A program made the translations under genes and the position numbers. This document shows positions 34,966 to 49,008 of a stretch of 64,000 bases of DNA, one piece after another. The stretch lies in NCBI RefSeq assembly GCF_006345805.1, contig NW_021833962.1, forward strand, positions 1 to 64,000, in the 5' to 3' direction. Position 1 is the first letter of the stretch, and every line of letters starts with the position of its first letter. The notes beneath the pieces were generated by a model, which saw nothing but the letters and a program-made list of their open reading frames with translations, had not been told where the DNA came from and searched no databases. This DNA comes from Octopus sinensis (taxonomy: Eukaryota).

Positions 34966-37825
34966 GTGTGTGTGTGTATGTATGTGTTTGCGTGTCTGTG
35001 TTTGTCCCCCTAGCATTGCTTGACAACCGATGCTGGTGTGTTTACGTCCCCGTAACCTAGCGGTTCGGCAAAAGAGACCGATAGAATAAGTACTGGACTT
35101 ACAAAGAATAAGTCCCGGGGTCGATTTGCTCGACTATAGGCGGTGCTCCAGCATGGCCGCAGTCAAGTGACTGAAACAAGTAAAAGAGAGTAAAGAGTAT
35201 ATATATATATATATAATAACAAAGGGTAAAATTAATTAATTAAGAAGTAATCAATAATTTCACCAAGTAGAATTCGGGATGAAAAAAGGACCAATTCACG
35301 GTAAACTTAAGTAATACTTAATAATTGGGGTTCAGCAAAGATTTGCTTTACCAGATACCAAAGTTTAGAAATAGCAGCCAAAACCTTAGCTATTTAGTCT
35401 ACTTTAAAAAGTTAGAGTTAGGGTTGTAATTTTTAAAGTAGAAGAAATAGCTAAGGTTTTGGCTGCTATTTCTAAACTTCGTTATGTGGTGAAGCAAATC
35501 TTTGCTGAACCCTAATTATAAAGTTATATATACATATATATATATATGTGTTTGTGTGTGTGTGTATATATATATGTACATACATACATACATACATACG
35601 TACATACATACATACACATATACATGCATACGTACATACATACATGCATGCATACATACTTACATACATACACACACACATACATACATACATATATACA
35701 TGCATACGTACATACATGCATACGTACATACATACATACATACGTACATATATACATACATACGTACATACATACATATATACATGCGTACGTACATACA
35801 TACATACATACGTACATATATACATCATACATACATACATATATACATGCATACGTACATACATACGTACATACATACATATATACATGCGTACGTACAT
35901 ACATACATACATACATACATACATACGTACATAAATACATCATACATACATACATACATACATACATACATACACATATACATGCATACGTACGTACATT
36001 CGTACATACATACACACATACCATACACACACACACATGGGAAGACACATGCAGCAATATATAATGCTTGCATATATGTATGTATGAAAGAATGAATGAC
36101 AGATTGATTGACAGACAGACAGACAAACAGACAGTTAGACAGATAGATAGAGAGAGAGAGAGAGAGACAGATAGATAGATAAATAGTGAGTGTATGTGGG
36201 TGGGTGGAGAGAGCCTTATGAAACCTTATGCGTACGTATATCCCCCTCCCCTTCTCATTCTTTTCTCACTCCTTCTCATAACTTTCCCTCTCTTTACTCT
36301 GTATATCTATCATGTCTGACACTCTTTTCCTGCTATGTCCCTTTCTTTCTCTCAGTTCCATGTAACTGTCTTTCTTTCACTCTCACTCTCTCCCTCCCTC
36401 ACTGTTTCCTATCATTTCTTCCTCCCTCCCTCTTTCCCATCATTCCTCCCCCTCTGCCACTCTGTTACGTGAGCAACAACCCAAGTTCGAGTCGGTAACA
36501 TCCGGAAACACCCGGCTCTTTCCGGCCTCTTCCCTTCTCAGCAGACGACACCTTTCTAAAGAGACGTCCATCTGGCATTTTGAGCCATTCTTCACGCAAT
36601 CTTCCCTCTTTTCTACACTTTAAAGGTAAGATTACTTTATTATTTCCAAAAAAAAATATTTAATTCCCTTCGTTTGCTTCAAATTTTGATCTTTTTCTGG
36701 AAAAGCATTTTTTCCCTCCACTTTTACGGTTAATTTGTTGAAAGAATGGAAAATGAGAAAAGCAAAAAAAGTGAAAAATATTCTTGAAAAATGAATGAAA
36801 AATTGTTTCTCATCCATAAAATATCAGTAATTTATTGCATGTTTAATATATTATATGTCTTTTTATGTCGGTGAAATAATAAAAATAATTTGTTTATGAA
36901 CGGAAATATTGATATTTATGAACGAAGTTATATAAACAATTGTTTAAAATGATTTTTGTGTGAGAAATTCCCTTCGATTCGTCGAAGTTTTCAAACTTTT
37001 GGCCCTTTTCTTTCATCTTCATGTTTTTGGGAAACGAAATATGTGAATGACTGTTATTATGTTTGTTGTCCACAAACGTTTACTCTGAGCATGTGTCCCA
37101 ACCACATGGTTCTGGGTTCAGTCCCACTGCATGGCACCTTGGGCAAGTGCCTTCTACTATAGCCTTGGGCCGACCAAAGCCTTGTGAGTGGATTTGGTAG
37201 ACGGAAACTGAAAGAAGCCTGTCGTGTATATGTATATATATATGTATGTGTTTGTGTATCTGTGTTTATTCCCCTAGCATTGCTTGACAACCGATGCTGG
37301 TGTGTTTACGTCCCCGTAACTTAGCGGTTCGGCAAAAAAGAGACCGATAGAATAAGTACTGGGCTTACAAAAGAATAAGTCCCGGGGTCGATTTGCTCGA
37401 CTAAAGGCGGTGCTCCAGCATGGCCGCAGTCAAATGACTGAAACAAGAAAAAGAGAGTATATATATATATATAATGACAAAGGGTAAAATTAATTAATTG
37501 AGAAGTAATCAATAATTTCACCGAGTAGAATTCGGTATGAAAAAAGGACCAATTCACGGTAAACTTAAGTAATACTTAATAATTAGGGTTCAGCAAAGAT
37601 TTGGTTTACCACATACCGAAGTTTAGAAATAGCAGCCAAAACCTTAGCTATTTAGTCTACTTTAAAAAGTTAGGGTTAGGGTTAGGGTTATTTAGTCTAC
37701 TTTAAAAAGTTAGGGTTAGGGTTCTAATTTTTGAATTAGAAGAAATAGCTAAGGTTTTGGCTGCTATTTCTAAACTTCGTTATGTGGTAAAGCAAATCTT
37801 TGCTGAACCCTAATTATAAGTATTG

Positions 37826-37899
<74 letters not shown>

Positions 37900-39757
37900 C
37901 ATACATACATACATACATACATACGTACATACACACATACATGCATACATACACACACAGGCACACACTCATGGGAAGACACATGCACGCATACATAGAA
38001 AATGCTTGCATATATATATGTATGTAAGTATGAAGGAATGAATGTCAGATTGATAGACAGACAGACAGACAGAAAACAGACAGACAGACAGATAGATAGA
38101 CAGATAGATAGACAGGTAGATAGACAGACAGATAGATAGATAGATAGATATATAGATAGATAGATAGACAGATAGATAGATAAATAGTGAGTGTATGTGG
38201 GTGGGTGGAGAGAGCCTTATGAAACCTTACACGTAAGTATATCCCCCTCCCCTCCTTATCCTTTGCTCATTCCTTATAACTTTCCCTCTCTTTACTCTGT
38301 ATATCTATCATGTCTGACTCTCTTTTCCTGCTATATCCCTTTCTTTCTCTCAGTTCCACGTAACTGTCTTCCTTTCACTCTCTCCCTCCCTCACTCTATC
38401 CCATCATTCCTCCCCCTCTACCACTCTGTTACGTGAGCAACAACCCAAGTTCGAGTCGGTAACATCCGGAAACACCCGGCTCTTTCCGGCCTCTTCTCAA
38501 GCAGACGACACCTTTCCAAAGAGACGTCCATCTGGCATCTTGAGCCATTCTTCACGCAATCTTCCCTCTTTTCTACACTTTAAAGGTAAGATTACTTTAT
38601 TATTTCCAAAAAAAAATATTTAATTCCCTTCGTGTGCTTCAAATTTTGATCTTTTTCTGGAAAAGCATTTTTCCCTCCAATTTTACGGTTATTTGTTTGA
38701 AAGAATGGAAAATGAGAAAAGCAAAAAAAGTGAAAAATATTCTTGAAAAATGAATGAAAAATTGTTTCTCATCCATAAAATATCAGTAATTTATTGCATG
38801 TTTAATATATTATATGTCTTTTTATGTCGGTGAAATAATAAAAATAATTTGTTTATGAACGGAAATATTGATATTTATGAACGAAGTTATATAAACAATT
38901 GTTTAAAATGGTTTTTGTGTGAGAAATTCCCTTCGATTCGTCGAAGTTTTCAAACTTTTGGCCCTTTTCTTTCATCTTCATGTTTTTGGGAAAAGAAATA
39001 TGTGAATGACTGTTATTATGTTTGTTGTCCACAAACGTTTACTCTGAGCATGTGTCCCAACCACATGGTTCTGGGTTCAATCCCACTGCGTGGCACCTTG
39101 GGCAAATGTCTTCTTCTATAGCCTTGGGCCGACCAAAGACTTGTGAGTGGATTTGGTAGACGGAAACTGAAAGAAGCCTGTCGTATATATGTGTATATAT
39201 ATATATATATATGTGTGTGTGTATATGTTTGTGAATGTGTGTTTGTCCCCCTAGCATTGCCTGACAACCGATGCTGGTGTGTTTACGGCCCCGTAACTTA
39301 GCGGTTCGGCAAAAGAGACTGATAGAATAAGTACTGGGCTTACAAAGAATAAGTCCCGGGGTCGATTTGCTCGACTAAAGGCGGTGCTCCAGCATGGCCG
39401 CAGTCAAGTGACTGAAACAAGTAAAAGAGAGTATATATATATATATAATAACAAAGGGTAAAATTAATTAATTGAGAAGTAATCAATAATTTCACCAAGT
39501 AGAATTCGGGATGAAAAATGGACCAATTCACGGTAACCTTAAGTAATACTTAATAATTAGGTTCAGCAAAGATTTGCTTTACCAGATACCGAAGTTTAGA
39601 AATAGCAGCAAAACCTTAGCTATTTCTTCTACTTTAAAAAGTTAGGGTTAGGGTTGTAAGTTTTAAAGTAGAAGAAATAGCTAAGGTTTTGGCTGCTATT
39701 TCTAAACTTCGGTATGTGGTAAAGCATATCTTTGCTGAACCCTAATTTAAGTATTAC

Positions 39758-39793
<36 letters not shown>

Positions 39794-39838
39794 TATATAT
39801 ATATATTAATATATATATATATATATATATATAATATC

Positions 39839-39919
<81 letters not shown>

Positions 39920-40119
39920 ATATATATGTACATACATACAACATACATACATACATACATACACACACACACAGGCACACAAATGGGAAGACACATGCAA
40001 GCATATATAATGCTTGCATATAGGTATGTATGATGAAGAATGAATGATAGATTGATAGACAGACAGACAGACAGACGGACAGACAGACAGACAGACAGAT
40101 AGATAGATAGATATATAGT

Positions 40120-40150
<31 letters not shown>

Positions 40151-42031
40151 ATAGATAGAGAGATAGATAAATAGTTATTTTGTGTGAGTGGGTCGGGAGA
40201 GCCTTATGAATCCTTATATTTACGTATATCCGCCTCCCCTCCTCATCCTTCGCTCACTCCTTCTCATAACTTTCCCTGTCTTTACTCTGTATATCTATCA
40301 TGTCTGACTCTCTTTTCCTGCTATATCCCTTTCTTTCTCTTAGTTCCATGTAACTGTCTTCCTTTCACTCTCTTCCCCTCTCTCCCTACCTCACTCTTTA
40401 CCATCATTCCTCCCCCTCTGCCACTCTGTTACGTGTATGTATGTATGTATGTACATATATATATATATATATATGCGTACGTACGTACATACATACATAC
40501 AGACGTACATATATACATCATACATACATACATACATACATACATACATACATACATACATACATACATACATACACATATACATGCATACGTACATACA
40601 TTCGTACAAACATACACACATACCATACACACACACACACATGGGAAGACACATGCACGCATATATAATGCTTGCATATACGTATGTATGAAAGAATGAA
40701 TGACAGATTGATAGACAGACAGACAGACAAACTGACAGTTAGACAGATAGATAGAGAGAGAGAGAGAGAGACAGATACATAAATAAATAGTGAGTGTATG
40801 TGGGTGGGTGGAGAGAGCCTTATGAAACCTTATGCGTACGTATATCCCCCTCCCCTTCTCATTCTTTTCTCACTCCTTCTTCTCATAACTTTCCCTCTCT
40901 TTACTCTGTATATCTATCATGTCTGACACTCTTTTCTTGCTATATCTCTTTCTTTCTCTCAGTTCCATGTAACTGTCTTTCTTTCACTCTCACTCTCTCC
41001 CTCCCTCACTCTTTCCCATCATTCCTCCCCCTCTACCACTCTGTTACGTGAGCAACAACCAAAGTTCGAGTCGGTAACATCCGGAAACACCCGGCTCTTT
41101 CCGGCCTCTTCTCAAGCAGACGACACCTTTCCAAAGAGACGTCCATCTGGCATCTTGAGCCATTCTTCACGCAATCTTCCCTCTTTTCGACACTTTAAAG
41201 GTAAGATTACTTTATTATTTCCAAAAAAAAATATTTAATTCCCTTCGTTTGCTTCAAATTTTGATTTTTTCTAGAAAAGCATTTTTTCCCTCCAATTTTA
41301 CGGTTAATTTGTTGAAAGAATGGAAAATGAGAAAAGCAAAAAAAGTGAAAAATATTCTTGAAAAATGAATGAAAAATTGTTTCTCATCCATAAAATATCA
41401 GTAATTTATTGCATGTTTAATATATTATATGTCTTTTTATGTCGGTGAAATAATAAAAATAATTTGTTTATGAACGGAAATATTGATATTTACGACCGAA
41501 GTTATATAAACAATTGTTTAAAATGATTTTTGTGTGAGAAATTCCCTTCGATTCGTCGGGGTTTTCAAACTTTTGGCCCCTTTTCTTTCATCTTCATGTT
41601 TTGGGGAAACGAAATATGTGAATGACTGTTATTATGTTTGTTGTCCACAAACGTTTACTCTGAGCATGTGTCCCAAGCACATGGTTCTGGGTTCAATCCC
41701 ACTGCGTGGCACCTTGGGAAAGTGCCTTCTACTATAGCCTCGGGCCGACCAATGCCTTGTGAGTGGATTTTGTAGACGGAAACTGAAAGAAGCCTGTCGT
41801 GTATATGTATATAGATATGCGTGTGTGTCTTTGTGTCTGTGTTTGTCCCCCTAGCATTGCTTGACAACCGATGCTGGTGTGTTTACGTCCCCGTCACTTA
41901 GCGGTTCGGCAAAAGAGACTGATAGAATAAGTACTGGGCTTACATATAATAAGCCCCGGGGTCGATTTGCTCGACTAAAGGCGGTGCTCCAGCATGGCCG
42001 CAGTCAAATGACTGAAAGAAATAATGGCCAG

Positions 42032-42100
<69 letters not shown>

Positions 42101-42453
42101 TAATAACAAAGGGTAAAATTAATTAATTGAGAAGTAATCAATAATTTCACCGAGTAGAATTCGGGATGAAAAAAGGACCATTTCACGGTAAACTTAAGTA
42201 ATACTTAATAATTGGGGTTCAGCAAAGATTTGCTTTACCACATACCGAAGTTTAGAAATAGCAGCCAAAACCTTAGCTATTTAGTCTACTTTAAAAAGTT
42301 AGAGTGAGGGTTAGGGGTATTTAGTCTACTTTAAAAAGTTAGGGTTAGGGTTCTAATTTTTGAAGTAGAAGAAATAGCTAAGGTTTTGGCTGCTATTTCT
42401 AAACTTCGGTATGTGGTAAAGCAAATCTTTGCTGAACCCTAATTATTAAGTAT

Positions 42454-42495
<42 letters not shown>

Positions 42496-42529
42496 ATATA
42501 TATATATATATGTATGTATATATAATATA

Positions 42530-42565
<36 letters not shown>

Positions 42566-43746
42566 CATACATACATACATACATACACACACACACAGGC
42601 ACACAAATGGGAAGACACATGCACGCATATATAACGCTTGCATATATGTATGTATGAAGGAATGAATGACAGATTGATAGAGAGACAGACAGACAAACAG
42701 ACAGATAGACAGAAAGATAGAGAGAGAGAGAGACAGATAGATAGATAAATAGTGAGTGTATGTGGGTGGGTGGAGAGAGCCTTATGATCCCTTACACGTA
42801 AGTATATCCCCCTCTTTCCGGCCTCTTCCCTTCTCAGCAGACGACACCTTTCTAAAGAGACGTCCATCTGGCATCTTGAGCCATTCTTCACGCAATCCTC
42901 CCTCTTTTCTACACTTTAAAGGTAAGATTACTTTATTATTTCCAAAAAAAAATATTTAAATACCTTTGTTTGCTTCAAATTTTGATTTTTCTCTGGAAAA
43001 GCATTTTTTCCCTCCAATTTTACGGTTAATTTGTTGAAAGAATGGAAAATGAGAAAAGCAAAAAAAAGTGAAAAATATTCTTGAAAAATGAATGAAAAAT
43101 TGTTTCTCATCCATAAAATATCAGTAATTTATTGCATGTTTAATATATTATATGTCTTTTTATGTCGGTGAAATAATAAAAATAATTTGTTTATGAACGG
43201 AAATATTGATATTTATGAACGAAGTTATATAAACAATTGTTTAAAATGATTTTTATGTGAGAAATTCCCTTCGATTCGTCGGGGTTTTCAAACTTTTGGC
43301 CCTTTTCTTTCATCTTCATGTTTTTGGGGAAACGAAATATGTGAATGACTGTTATTATGTTTGTTGTCCACAAACGTTTACTCTGAGCATGTGTCCCAAC
43401 TACATGGTTCTGGGTTCAATCCCACTGCGTGGCACCTTGGGCAAGTGCCTTCTACTTTAGCCTTGGGCCGACCAAAGCCTTGTGAGTGGATTTGGTAGAC
43501 GGAAACTGAAAGAAGCCTGTCGTATATATGTATATAGATATGCGTTTGTGTCTGTGTTTGTCCCCCTAGCATTGCTTGACAACCGATGCTGGTGTGTTTA
43601 CGTCCCCGTAACTTAGCGGTTCGGCAAAAGAAACTGATGGAATAAGTACTGGGCTTACAAAGAATAAGTCCCGGGGTCGATTTGCTCGACTAAAGGCGGT
43701 GCTCCAGCATGGCCGCAGTTACATTGACTGAAACAAGTAAAAGAGA

Positions 43747-43789
<43 letters not shown>

Positions 43790-44139
43790 ATAACAAAGGG
43801 TAAAATTAATTAATTAAGAAGTAATCAATAATTTCACCAAGTAGAATTCGGGATGAAAAAAGGACCAATTCACGGTAAACTTAAGTAATACTTAATAATT
43901 AGGGTTCAGCAAAGATTTGCTTTACCAGATACCGAAGTTTAGAAATAGCAGCCAAAACCTTAGCTATTTAGTCTACTTTAAAAAGTTAGGGTTAGGGTTA
44001 GGGTTATTTAGTCTACTTTAAAAAGTTAGGGTTAGGGTTCTAATTTTTAAAGTAGAAGAAATAGCTAAGGTTTTGGCTGCTATTTCTAAACTTCGTTATG
44101 TGGTAAAGCAAATCTTTGCTGAACCCTAATTATTAAGTA

Positions 44140-44187
<48 letters not shown>

Positions 44188-44334
44188 CTATATATATTGT
44201 GTGTGTGTATATATATGTACATACATACATACATACATACATACATACACACCACAGGCACACAAATGGGAAGACACATGCACGCAGATATAATGCTTGC
44301 ATATAGGTATGTATGAAGGAATGAATGATAGATT

Positions 44335-44396
<62 letters not shown>

Positions 44397-46126
44397 TAGA
44401 TAGATAGATAGTGAAAAAGAGAGAGATAGTTAGATAGATAGATAGATAGATAGAGAGAGAGAGGGATAGATAGAGAGAGAGAGAGAGGGATAGATAGAGA
44501 GATAAATAAATAGTTATTTTGTGTGAGTGGGTCGAGAGAGCCTTATGAATCCTTATATTTACGTATATCCCCCTCCCCTCCTCATCCTTCGCTTACTCCT
44601 TCTTATAAGTTTCCCTCTCTTTACTATGTCTATCTATCATGTCAGACTCTCTTTTCTTGCTATATCACTTTCTGTCTCTCAGTTCCACGCAACTGTCTTC
44701 CTTTCACTCTCTCCCCCTCTATCTCTCCCTCCATAACTCTTTCCCATCATTCCTACCCCTCTACCACCCTGTTACGTGAGCAACAACCCAAGTTCGAGTC
44801 GGTAACATCCGGAAACACCCGGCTCTTTCCGGCCTCTTCTCAAGCAGACGACACCTTTCTAAAGAGACGTCCATTTGGCCTTTTGAGCCATCCTTCACGC
44901 AATCTTCCCTCTTTTCTACACTTTAAAGGTAAGATTACTTTATTATTTCCAAAAAAAAATATTTAATTCCCTTCGTTTGCTTCAAATTTTGATCTTTTTC
45001 TGGAAAAGCATTTTTTCCCTCCAATTTTACGGTTAATTTGTTGAAAGAATGGAAAATGAGAAAAGCAAAAAAAAGTGAAAAATATTCTTGAAAAATGAAT
45101 GAAAAATTGTTTCTCATCCATAAAATATCAGTAATTTATTGTATGTTTAATATATTATATGTCTTTTTATGTCGGTGAAATAATAAAAATAATTTGTTTA
45201 TGAACGGAAATATTGATATTTATGAACGAAGTTATATAAAGAATTGCTTAAAATGATTTTTGTGTGAGAAATTCCCTTCGATTCGTCGAGGTTTTCAAAC
45301 TTTTGGCCCTTTTTCTTTCATCTTCATGTTTTTGGGAAAAGAAATATATGAATGACTGTTATTATGTTTGTTGTCCACAAACGTTTACTCTGAGCATGTG
45401 TCCCAACCACATGGTTCTGGGTTCAATCCCACTGCGTGGCAGCTTGGGCAAGTGTCTTCTACTATAGCCCCGGGCCGACCAAAGCCTTGTGAGTGGATTT
45501 GGTAGACGGAAACTGAAAGAAGCTTGTCGTATATATGTATATATATGTGTATGTGTGTGTGCGTGTTTGTCCCCTAGCATTGCTTGACAACCGATGCTGG
45601 TGTGTTTACGTTCTCGTAACTTAGCGGTTCGTCAAAAGAGACCGATAGAATAAGATAGAGTAAAGGCGGTGCTCCGGCATGGCCGCAGTCAAATGACTGA
45701 AACAAGTAAAAGAGAATATATATATATATAAAGAGTGTATATATATATATATTATATATATATATATATATGTATATATATAACAACAAAGGGTAAAATT
45801 AACTAATTGAGAAGTAATCAATAATTTCACCAAGTAGAATTCGGTATGAAAAAAGGACCAATTCACGGTAAACTTAAGTAATACTTAATAATTAGGGTTC
45901 AGCAAAGATTTGCTTTACCAGATACCGAAGTTTAGAAATAGCAGCCAAAACCTTAGCTATTTAGTCTACTTTAAAAAGTTAGGGTTAGGGTTAGGGTTAT
46001 TTAGTCTACTTTAAAATGTTAGGGTTAGGGCTCTCATTTTTAAAGTAGAAGAAATAGCTAAGGTTTTGGCTGCTATTTCTAAACTTCGTTATGTGGTAAA
46101 GCAAATCTTTGCTGAACCCTAATTAT

Positions 46127-49008
46127 TTGCTGAACCTGCCATCCTCTACACACCATCATAAACTGCGAGCAGAGTACAAATTGTTGTCCTTAAATGCTCG
46201 CAGTTTAAGCAACAAAATACATTTGTTCAACGCCTACGTCAGAAGTATTGACCCTGACTTCATCACTGTCACGGAAACATGGGCGCATTCCTTACTCTGT
46301 GATGGCGTTTTCAACATCACGGGGTACAACCTCTTCCGTAAGGACCGCAATAACCGCCGTGGTGGTGGTGTGATGATCTACGTTCGTTCAAATTTTTTGG
46401 TAATTCCTTGTGCCGATTTGAACGAATCAGAAGAAGAAGTTTTTTTATGTGATGTACGTATGACCATGTCAACACTCCTGCTTGTCGTTGTTTATCGTCC
46501 CCCAAATTACCATCAGGACACACAGCTTTGCAACATCCTCCGAGCTGCTGCCAGGAAAACAGCCACTTATGTGTTTATTGCAGGCGATTTCAATCATCCT
46601 GAGATCGATTGGGAAACCTTCCATTGGCCACAGAGTGCAAACGATTTTGTTGAGCTTGTGCTGGACTCAAACTGGTCACAAGTAGTCACCTCTCCAACAA
46701 GAGACGACAACACCTTGGACCTGCTCTTCACCACAACTCCTGAAGCAGTTATCAATTGCACTACGGAGGAACCTCTAGGTGACTCTGATCATGCTATGAT
46801 CATCGCCAATCTGGCTCTTGCGGGCAACAAACACCTGAACCATCTCCAATCTGCTTCCTTCGATTGGAAGAGAGCAGATTGGCACCTGTACCACACTGAA
46901 CTACAGCACCCAAACTGGCGTGAATTCTACAACTCTGGAGATGTGAATACTATACTCCAGAGTATCCTGGACTCAATATGGGCAGCATGTGCAGCATCAG
47001 TGCCACATAAACAAAAAAAGAACTGCCCCAAAAGGGCAATTTGGGAAACTTCAGCGGTCCGACTTGCCAGGAAGGAACGTCGGACTGCTGAACAGGAATA
47101 CAAGTTGCATAAATCAGACACCAACAGGAAGAAGCGGAATAAATCCTCCAACCATCTCAAGCAAGTGACAAAAAATGCAGTGCTTGAATTTGAACAGTGC
47201 ATAGCAGCCAATCCTGACAGCAAGGTTTTCTGGAAATATGTGCATTCAAAGCAGAGACCTCACTGTCCAGTGGGCCCTCTTCGCAACCCTCACACAAACC
47301 AGATCACTGACGACCCCAAGGAATGCGCAGAACTCATTGCCGAGTGCTATGCAAACATATTCACTGTTGAAAGTCAAAATGTACCATCTTCACCATCACT
47401 AACAGCAAACTCCATAACAACTATGGAATTTACACCTGCAATGCTGCGACGTCACCTTCAAAATAAGCGCAACTATGCCTCCCTGGTCTCGATGGAGTTA
47501 CATACCTGCTTCTCAAACGAGGCAGGCACTTCCTTTTACACCAGCTTTCTATTTTCTTCCAGTACTGTCTCAACAATGGTGCTACTCCGGAGCAGTGGAA
47601 AACTGCCAGTGTCATTCCTCTGTTCAAAAAGGGTGACCGCACATCACCTGTCAACTATCGCCCAGTCAGTCTCACTAGCTGTATTGCAAAACTGATGGAA
47701 TCGTGTGTCAGAGAAACACTCTGGAACTTCTGGAGCTCTCACAGTCTCATCCGACCCTCACAATATGGATTTGTCCCTAACTCCAGCTGCAGTGACCAGC
47801 TTGTCGAGTTCCTTGAGGACATTACTCAGATCACTGACAGTGGCTCATGGGTGGATGTTGTCTACCTTGACTTTGCTAAGGCTTTCAACTCTGTGCCACA
47901 CAAAAGGCTTATGGTGAACTCTCTGCAATGGGTGTGGGGGATGACCTTTTTAACTGGTTGAAATCCTTCATCCTCAGGCGAAAGGAGGTAGTCACAGTTC
48001 TAGGACAGCACTCTACACCATATGAGATGTCATCGGGTGTACCACAGGGATCTGTCCTTGGTCCCCTCCTGTTTGTGGCATACTTTAATGACATAGATGC
48101 CAATTTAAAGAATGCCACAGTATTGAAATATGCAGACGACATCAAGCTGTACCTTGAAATCAAGAGGACTGATCCTGATGTCTACAACTCTTTCCTGCAA
48201 TCAGACCTGGACACAATGCAGCAATGGATCACAGACTGGCAACTGAAACTGGCTGTGGACAAGTGTACCACCATGCATTTTGGGATAAAAAACCCTGCGT
48301 CCACATACTCCCTCCACAACACTGATATCAAGAAATCCTCTTGCGAGCGTGACCTAGGCATCACTGTCAGCAGTGAGTTGCATTGGACAAAGCACATCTC
48401 TAAAATTGTCAGGAGGGCCGAGGGTGTCTTGGCATCACTCAGCAAGACTTTTGTTAGCCGCTCTCCAGCCATCTATTTAAAACTGTATACAGCTATGGTA
48501 CGACCACACTTGGAATTCGCATCATCAGTTTGGAATCCCTATCTTGCTCAGAACATTGACCTCCTGGAATCTGTCCAGAGACGTGCAACCAAACGCATAC
48601 CCTCCATCAGACACCTACCATATTCTGAGCGCCTTGTTTCCCTGGGCATGGATTCACTGAAGCTCCGGCGTCTGGCGACGGACTTGGTGAACACCCGCAA
48701 GGTATCAACCACCTCACCAACAACAACACTGAACACCTTTTTGATCTCCATGTGTCTAACACATGTGGACATATTTACAAAGTCAGAAAACAGCACAGCT
48801 CCCATGACTTTCGGAAACATTTTTTCATGCTCAGAGTTGCTGAAGCATGGAACAAACTGCCTGCGTCAGTTGTTGACTGCCATGACACTGCATCCTTTAA
48901 GGCCCTCATGCTTTCCGAAATCCGCCGAAACTACACCTGATTATATATACACTTTAGATGAGTTGTAGTGCACCTGAGCACTGTACACAATTATTATTAT
49001 TATTATTA
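46127..49008 (+). mobile_element. 5'-truncated CR1-like LINE (APE endonuclease + RT ORF2, frameshifted) in unit 9
   Basis: Endonuclease motifs LNARS, TETW, VYRPP, GDFN, LDL, SDH; RT motifs NYRPVSLT, YLDFAKAF, GVPQGSVLGP, YADD. The frame is broken near 47475, 47920 and 48700. (TTA)n tail at 48991-49008. Confidence 0.93.

Noticed and set aside
35472-36126. Long overlapping ORFs rich in Y/I/H/T or M/Y/V/C, and similar ones elsewhere
   Set aside because: Translations of (TA)n, (TACA)n and (GATA)n microsatellites.
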